Of a stretch of DNA of 64,000 nucleotides, positions 57,768 through 64,000 are shown piece after piece; within the stretch, counting starts at the first letter, position 1, and the number at the start of each line of letters is the position of its first letter. The notes below the pieces were generated by a model that saw only the letters and a program-made list of their open reading frames with translations, did no database searches and was not told where the DNA came from. Both the position numbers and the translations under genes were made by a program. The DNA comes from Octopus vulgaris (Eukaryota), in contig OX597828.1 in assembly GCA_951406725.2 (NCBI GenBank), positions 73,408,001-73,472,000 on the forward strand. Reading direction: 5' to 3'.

Positions 57768-57860
57768 ATTTTGTTGAATTCTCTGCTGCTTTAAATAAAG
57801 TATATATATATATATATATAACAAAACAGTGGGTGGTGTTTCAACGCAGGAGAAAATATT

Positions 57861-58048
<188 letters not shown>

Positions 58049-58330
58049 TGGTGGTTGTCTACTTGTTATGCAGTCTAACCGTCTCTTATACCTACACTTT
58101 AGATCTATACATATGTGCGCTCGCGCGCGTGTGTGTATGAGTGTGTGTGTGTGTCTGTGTCTGTGTCTGTCTGCGTGCGTGTGTATAAATACAAGGGTAA
58201 GAATTATTAGATTAATTTATATCAGTAGTTAGCATACGTAGGAAATGTGAGAAAACATAAATGTTTTTATAATATAAGGGTGTATAAAAATGTATACACG
58301 GAGAGAAGACCAAAATGTGGACTTCTTAAT

Positions 58331-58629
58331 TGCTAAAAAGGGCAGTCAAATCCCAAACCACGAAAAACTTCTAATTTATGCCACATTGCTTGTTTTGGAA
58401 CAGGACATTTGAATGAATAAAAATACCAGTTAACTCTGTACCCATTAGTCAATTGATTAATTATTCATCTGTGGCTCGTCAATGGAGTCGCTGGAAAATG
58501 TATAATTATACAACAATAATCCATACCTAAAACACAGTATTCGTTCAAGGGTCCTGCTCACCTACAAGAAATGTGTCATAAATAAGAATGATTTTTCGTG
58601 GTTTTGGATTTGACTTCTCCTTTTAAGCA
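58331..58629. mobile_element. ~300-bp MITE with ~90-bp TIRs, possibly Kolobok/T2-like
   Basis: aaaagggcagtcaaatcccaaaccacgaaaaa... / ...tttttcgtggttttggatttgacttctccttttaa; TTAA at the right end. Confidence 0.7.
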
Positions 58630-58865
58630 TGTCTTCTCTCCGTGAATGAATTTTTATACATTCATATATTATATATACGTATATATGTATATATATGTAC
58701 TACACACAAACTGAGAGGGAGGGGAAGAGAGAGGGAGAGAGAGAAGTATATATACGCATATACATATACATATATATATATACATATACATATATATATA
58801 CATACATATATATATATATGTGTGTATGTAGATATATATATATGTATATATATATGTATGTATGC

Positions 58866-58913
<48 letters not shown>

Positions 58914-58936
58914 GTATATGTATATATATGTATATG

Positions 58937-58981
<45 letters not shown>

Positions 58982-59070
58982 ATGTATATATATATATACG
59001 TATATACATATATATATATATATATATACAGATATATATATACATAAACATATATATATATATGCATATA

Positions 59071-59278
59071 CGTGTTTGTCCCTCTAGCATTGCTTGACAA
59101 CCGATGCTGGTGTGTTTACGTCCCCATCACTTAGCGGTTCGGCAAAAGAGACCGATAGAATAAGTACTGGTCTTACAAAGAATAAGTCCAGGGGTCGATT
59201 TGCTCGACTAAAGGCGGTGCTCCAGTATGGCCGCAGTCAAATGTCTGAAACAAGTAAAAGAGTAAAAGAGTAAAGAGC
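59071..59278 (+). mobile_element. SINE family A, 3' half, preceded by ~330 bp of TA/TG repeat
   Basis: Homology to 24120-24325. Confidence 0.88.
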
Positions 59279-59537
59279 ATACGTGTATATATATATATGC
59301 ATAAATATATATAAATATGTGTGCACATGTGCATGTATCTGTGTGTGTAAGTGAATGAGAGTATGTGTGTATGTGAATGTATATACATAAATATATATAT
59401 ATTTATATATGCAAGTACGTAGTTTACTGACTAACGGACTTGCGTATAACACCAGAATTCTCCTTTTCAGCGTGAGATAATTTATGCAAATTTAAAAGAG
59501 AGAAGTTTATATTGAAATTTGTCTGTTTCCTCACCAG

Positions 59538-59614
59538 CAGCAGCAGCGTATAGAAGCAGAACCCCGGATGTTTACCATATTTCATCATCACCACCAGACT
59601 TATTTCTTTGTTAA
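59538..59614 (+). CDS. Candidate terminal coding exon (A)AAAYRSRTPDVYHISSSPPDLFLC*
   Basis: Acceptor tttgtctgtttcctcaccag with tandem CAGs; phase 1; followed by ~800 bp of unique AT-rich sequence containing AATAAA; no homology recognised. Confidence 0.3.
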
Positions 59615-60586
59615 TATCAGTTGTCATTCTCTCCCTCATAACTACCTAACAAGAGGGATCGCTGACTTGAATTTTCAAACGCCCTCTTATCGAGTATAAA
59701 TTTATAAAAAAAAATTTTAAATGCTTTATTTATAAGAGTATTATCACATGGAATAATGCTTTACCGTGAAAACTAAAACAAAGAAACATTTTTTCACTGT
59801 CAAATTTCAAAAAATCATTAAAACTCACCTTCTGCTGAACCAAACTCATTTAAATTCTTTGTTTTATGAAACTGCAGCATATATGCCATTTTTAATATTT
59901 TATATTTCCAGACTTAAAGAGATTTACTTTTTATATACGCTTTTGATCGCTTTTCTTGCATACAAAGGATGTTCTTTTATCTGTTTTTTACATAATTATT
60001 GACCTATTTATTGTTTTAATTTTTGACCTCCCACCAACTTGCTGAAATCAGCCAAGCTGCCAAATTGCTTAATCCGAATTTTTTTGCAATTTCTGAAAAA
60101 ACTTTTGAAATTTTTACTTATTGTAATCGATAAAAAAATATTCGATGTAAATTGGATTAATACATTTATATATATTTATTATGGCTTTTTTCTTTCCGTA
60201 CATTCTGGACAGATTCTGATAATCTGGTTAATGGTCATAATCCCACATAATTTCAGTTTAGTTATTGAGCACTCTCATTGAAAAACTGACTCAATTATAC
60301 TAATTTCTATGTACCTTAAGAGGTTCACGTTTGTTTCTAAACCACATGACTTATTGATTAGATAAGTTTCCGTGTTTATTGATATCACTGCCCAATAAAT
60401 AAATAAATAGACAGAAAAGTGAATAGGAAGGAAAATGAATATGTTTAATAACTACTTAGCTTAGGGAATAAATGAGCTATTGATTGAAAGATGAATAAAC
60501 AGATAAGTAGAGAGTTTTACAGAGAGAGACAGACAGAAAGATAGTGAGAGACAAGATAAATAGGTATAGCACTATATATATAAACA

Positions 60587-60650
<64 letters not shown>

Positions 60651-60683
60651 TACTTATTTATCCTTTCTCTCTCTCTACATATG

Positions 60684-60715
<32 letters not shown>

Positions 60716-60838
60716 TATGTATACATATATGTGTGCATATATGTATACATACATACATGTGTATACTAATTTTACTATCAATTTAGCATTCTGCATATCA
60801 TTTCTCAACGTCCGGTTAACACAACCCCACTATTTACT

Positions 60839-60888
<50 letters not shown>

Positions 60889-60891
60889 AAC

Positions 60892-60923
<32 letters not shown>

Positions 60924-60924
60924 G

Positions 60925-60992
60925 CGAAACAAGGTGGGGAAATATAGTGCTCAAATACGGGAGGTAGAGTAATATGCATTATTAATAAAATA
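60925..60992 (-). mobile_element. PLE tail remnant, family of 57571-57650
   Basis: gaaacaaggtgg..aaa.a.agt.ctcaaatac...ggtagagtaatatgc.ttatt beside (TA)n. Confidence 0.75.
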
Positions 60993-61750
60993 CGGTTACA
61001 TGCATAAATACACAATTATTTTGATTGATACCTATCAAAGTAATTGCATATATATGCAAATAACTGTATTTTGTCCCATTCTGAACGAAAACTTTCCGAC
61101 TAACGGAAACGTTAAAATCGGAATGACACTTTTTGTGATGTCTTTGCAGCTTTACGCGCGCACACACACCCGCATACAGACACACACACACGCATACTCG
61201 TGAAGCAAACAACTTTTCAGCACCCACTCTTATACCTGTGTGTGTGTGCGTGTATATATATATATATGTATATATATACATAGATATGTATATATATGTA
61301 TATATATACATAGATATGTATATATATGTATATATACATATATATAAACACACACACACATATATATGTATGTATATATATATATATATATAAACACACA
61401 CATACATATATACACACATATATATCGTTGCTATTATGTTAAACTGCCGTATGTCCAAAATTGGGCATATGCGGTGTAATATTTATTTATACTTGCAATA
61501 GTCGGTTCTTTTGGTCAAACCATCGTATCTCCAGCTGATTGAGATACCAAAATATAAAAAATTATCAAAGTTTTGTACAACGGTTTTGCTGAGGAAAGGT
61601 GAAAGTATTTTTTCTTTGTTTTTCGAAAAAGCAACGTTTTGTACTCACGACACTTCTGCATAATAGCAACGATATATACATACACACACAGATATATATA
61701 TACATACATAGATATACATATATATAGATGTATATACAAATATACACATA

Positions 61751-61821
<71 letters not shown>

Positions 61822-62131
61822 CACCGTGACCGTGACCGACCAGGCTATCAGATGTTGCTACACATCGCTGATCACAATGCGCTTCGCATTGTTTTAGCCT
61901 TGAAATGACGCCACCCCACTGGCTAAGCGAGCAGGCCAACAGAAGAAAGAGTGAGAGAAAGTTGTAGCGAATAGAGTACAGCAGGGATCGCCACCAACCA
62001 CTGCCGGAGCCTCGTGGAGCTTAAGGTGTTTTCGCTCAATAAACACTCAGAACGCCCGTTCTGGGAATCGAAACTGCGATCCCTACGACCGCGAGTCCGC
62101 TGCTCTAATTACTGGGCTATTACGCCTCCAC
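61822..62131 (-). mobile_element. SINE family C (tRNA-Arg-like head), full length
   Basis: Minus strand gtggaggcgtaatagcccagtaattagagcagcggactcgcggtc..gtttcgattccc; tail (cggtca)n. Confidence 0.82.
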
Positions 62132-62140
62132 TTTTTTTTG

Positions 62141-62175
<35 letters not shown>

Positions 62176-62178
<3 letters not shown>

Positions 62179-62945
62179 CAAACAATTTAGATTCAAATGA
62201 ATATGGTACTTAATTTAGATGCACCAGAATTTTTTATGGTATTACCCATAAAAATATGCGGGGTGATTATAATAAAAAAAAGCAACAAGAATGGATCCGG
62301 TAATTTAGTACAATTGTTTCATACTATAACATTTTAACCTTGATTTCCTTAATGTATTTTTCTCTGCTATTAACTTAAAACCCTTTTACAGCTTTCCTTA
62401 TATCTCCCTTCCCTGGATTCCTACTAAAAATTCTGATGGCTTTCATTTGAAAGTAAGGTAAGCTTCACAGTTTCTTAAGAATTTAGTGTTCCTCCCACAG
62501 TGACCTAAATCTCCTGTCACCACAGAAATAGATTGACCCTTTGTTCTAGTGTCAATCTGTTTTGTCTTTTACATCTTCTAAATATTTTTCCCCTTCTTTT
62601 CTTCAACTAACTTGATTCCTTAACCTGCCCTCACCACCATTCTTATAACTAAGGAAATTTTTCGTACAACAGTTAGTTGTGAACTTAATTTTGGTCTGTT
62701 TGGCATCCTAACAATACTACCTCATGTTCCTGAAATTCATATCTACATCTTTATCTGTATATTTACCTTCCCTAAGATGTTACTAATTGATTTGAGAACT
62801 TTATATTATCGGAAAACCTATATGAAATTAGCTGAAGGTTACTTGACATATCATATCTGCTGTAATATTTACAGCTTTTCATAAAATGTTATAGTATGAA
62901 ACAATTGTACTAAATTACCGGATCCATTCTTGTTGCTTATTTTTG
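62176..62945. mobile_element. PLE-type insertion with a 57-bp perfect inverted repeat (62280-62336 / 62882-62938), between (TA)n tracts
   Basis: Arms identical as reverse complements; they include the HHR 3' half GAAAC AATT GTA. Confidence 0.82.
62826..62916 (+). ncRNA. Hammerhead motif with A9G variant
   Basis: aattag-CTGAAGG(62832)-ttacttgacat..atgttatagtat-GAAAC AATT GTA(62898-62909)-ctaaatt. Confidence 0.6.
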
Positions 62946-62969
62946 AGTATATATATATCTATCTATCTA

Positions 62970-63001
<32 letters not shown>

Positions 63002-63192
63002 AAAATTTTTATAATTATGAGTATAATTATAATTAGGTTTTAGCAGCAATTTGCTTCGCCACATACCGAAATTTAGAAATACCAGTTAAAACTAACTATT
63101 TCACTACCATAATAAAATCTCCCAGACAGCAGTACCCAACAACTCACGCTGGTAAAGATAAAAAAATAACGAATCCACCCGGCTTTGATTAA

Positions 63193-63274
63193 CTGTATAC
63201 CCGTTTCAGAGTTAGATAGATGTGAAAAGTGTAAAATTCAAATTTCCACTCTATCATTCTCCTCTTCAGTACAG
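63193..63274 (-). ncRNA. Hammerhead ribozyme motif in a minus-strand PLE-type tail (about 63000-63345)
   Basis: Minus strand ctgta-CTGAAGA-ggag..gataga.gtggaaa/tttcac.tctatc..ctct-GAAAC GG GTA-tacag. Confidence 0.75.
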
Positions 63275-63365
63275 CAATTCAAGATTTTAATTTTGAGAGC
63301 ACTGCCAAAAATTAAACATACGTATCTGACCAGGCGTCAGCAGACAACACACACATATATATCTA

Positions 63366-63504
<139 letters not shown>

Positions 63505-63522
63505 ATATATATATATATATAT

Positions 63523-63555
<33 letters not shown>

Positions 63556-63579
63556 TATATATATGTGTGTGTGTGTATG

Positions 63580-63615
<36 letters not shown>

Positions 63616-64000
63616 TTTATGCATGTAGGTATATAATTATGACTCATTTGAATTAGAATTTAAATTGGGGCACCTTTTTAGGTCAGTATGATCCCTACAC
63701 CTAAACAATATTGAATATTGAATATCAAGAGATTCCGTGAAGGGGGTGTTTGTACTAAATATTGCTGCAGTGTGTGCAGGCAACGCAATGCAGGTGAGTG
63801 AAGATATTCGCTCTCGGTAATGAATATTTTATAAAGGTACATTCTATATTATTTCCGAAGTAAAAATTCCAAATTAGATGAACAGAATATAAATGAGTAA
63901 CAATAATGTACAGGTGTCACTTCCTAACACCTGTTTCAAACGGCTCCTTTATTTGGATAAAGAAAACATTACATCAATTAGAAATACTTCAAACATTAAG

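Larger units (their letters stand above)
57571..57800. mobile_element. PLE-type tail folded back into a hairpin with 76-bp arms (57644-57719 / 57725-57800), between (TA)n tracts
   Basis: Arms are reverse complements with 4 mismatches, spacer gctag; tail sequence recurs at 60925-60990. Confidence 0.88.

Noticed and set aside
61075-61130. ctgaacga...GAAACGTT hammerhead-like string
   Set aside because: Core spacing is wrong and stems I and II do not pair convincingly
62060-62131. tRNA-Arg gene
   Set aside because: SINE head with a mutated cloverleaf that continues into a repeat body also present at 50965-51068

Overview
This is eukaryotic, AT-rich, microsatellite-saturated and almost entirely non-coding DNA. 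The repeat repertoire (tRNA-headed SINEs, (TA)n/(GATA)n/(TAA)n arrays) suggests an octopus or other coleoid genome (inference). No intact host gene is recognisable, and most ORF-track entries are microsatellite artefacts. Identifiable content: decayed LINEs (two R4/Dong, one CR1, one RTE, Tx1/L1 pieces), Tc1/mariner DNA transposons (one near-intact IR/DR Tc1, one mariner, one maT-like), MITEs, three SINE families and a ~555-bp non-coding (TAA)n-associated element. The strongest signal is a dense set of Penelope-like element (PLE) remnants beside (TA)n tracts. They carry at least six well-formed and several degenerate minimal hammerhead ribozyme (HHR) motifs from several dissimilar families, often inside fold-back inverted repeats; one 157-bp hairpin has a complete hammerhead on each strand. 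Four to five short plus-strand phase-1 segments may be alternative last exons of an unidentified host gene (tentative). Everything was read by eye, so boundaries are approximate unless stated.
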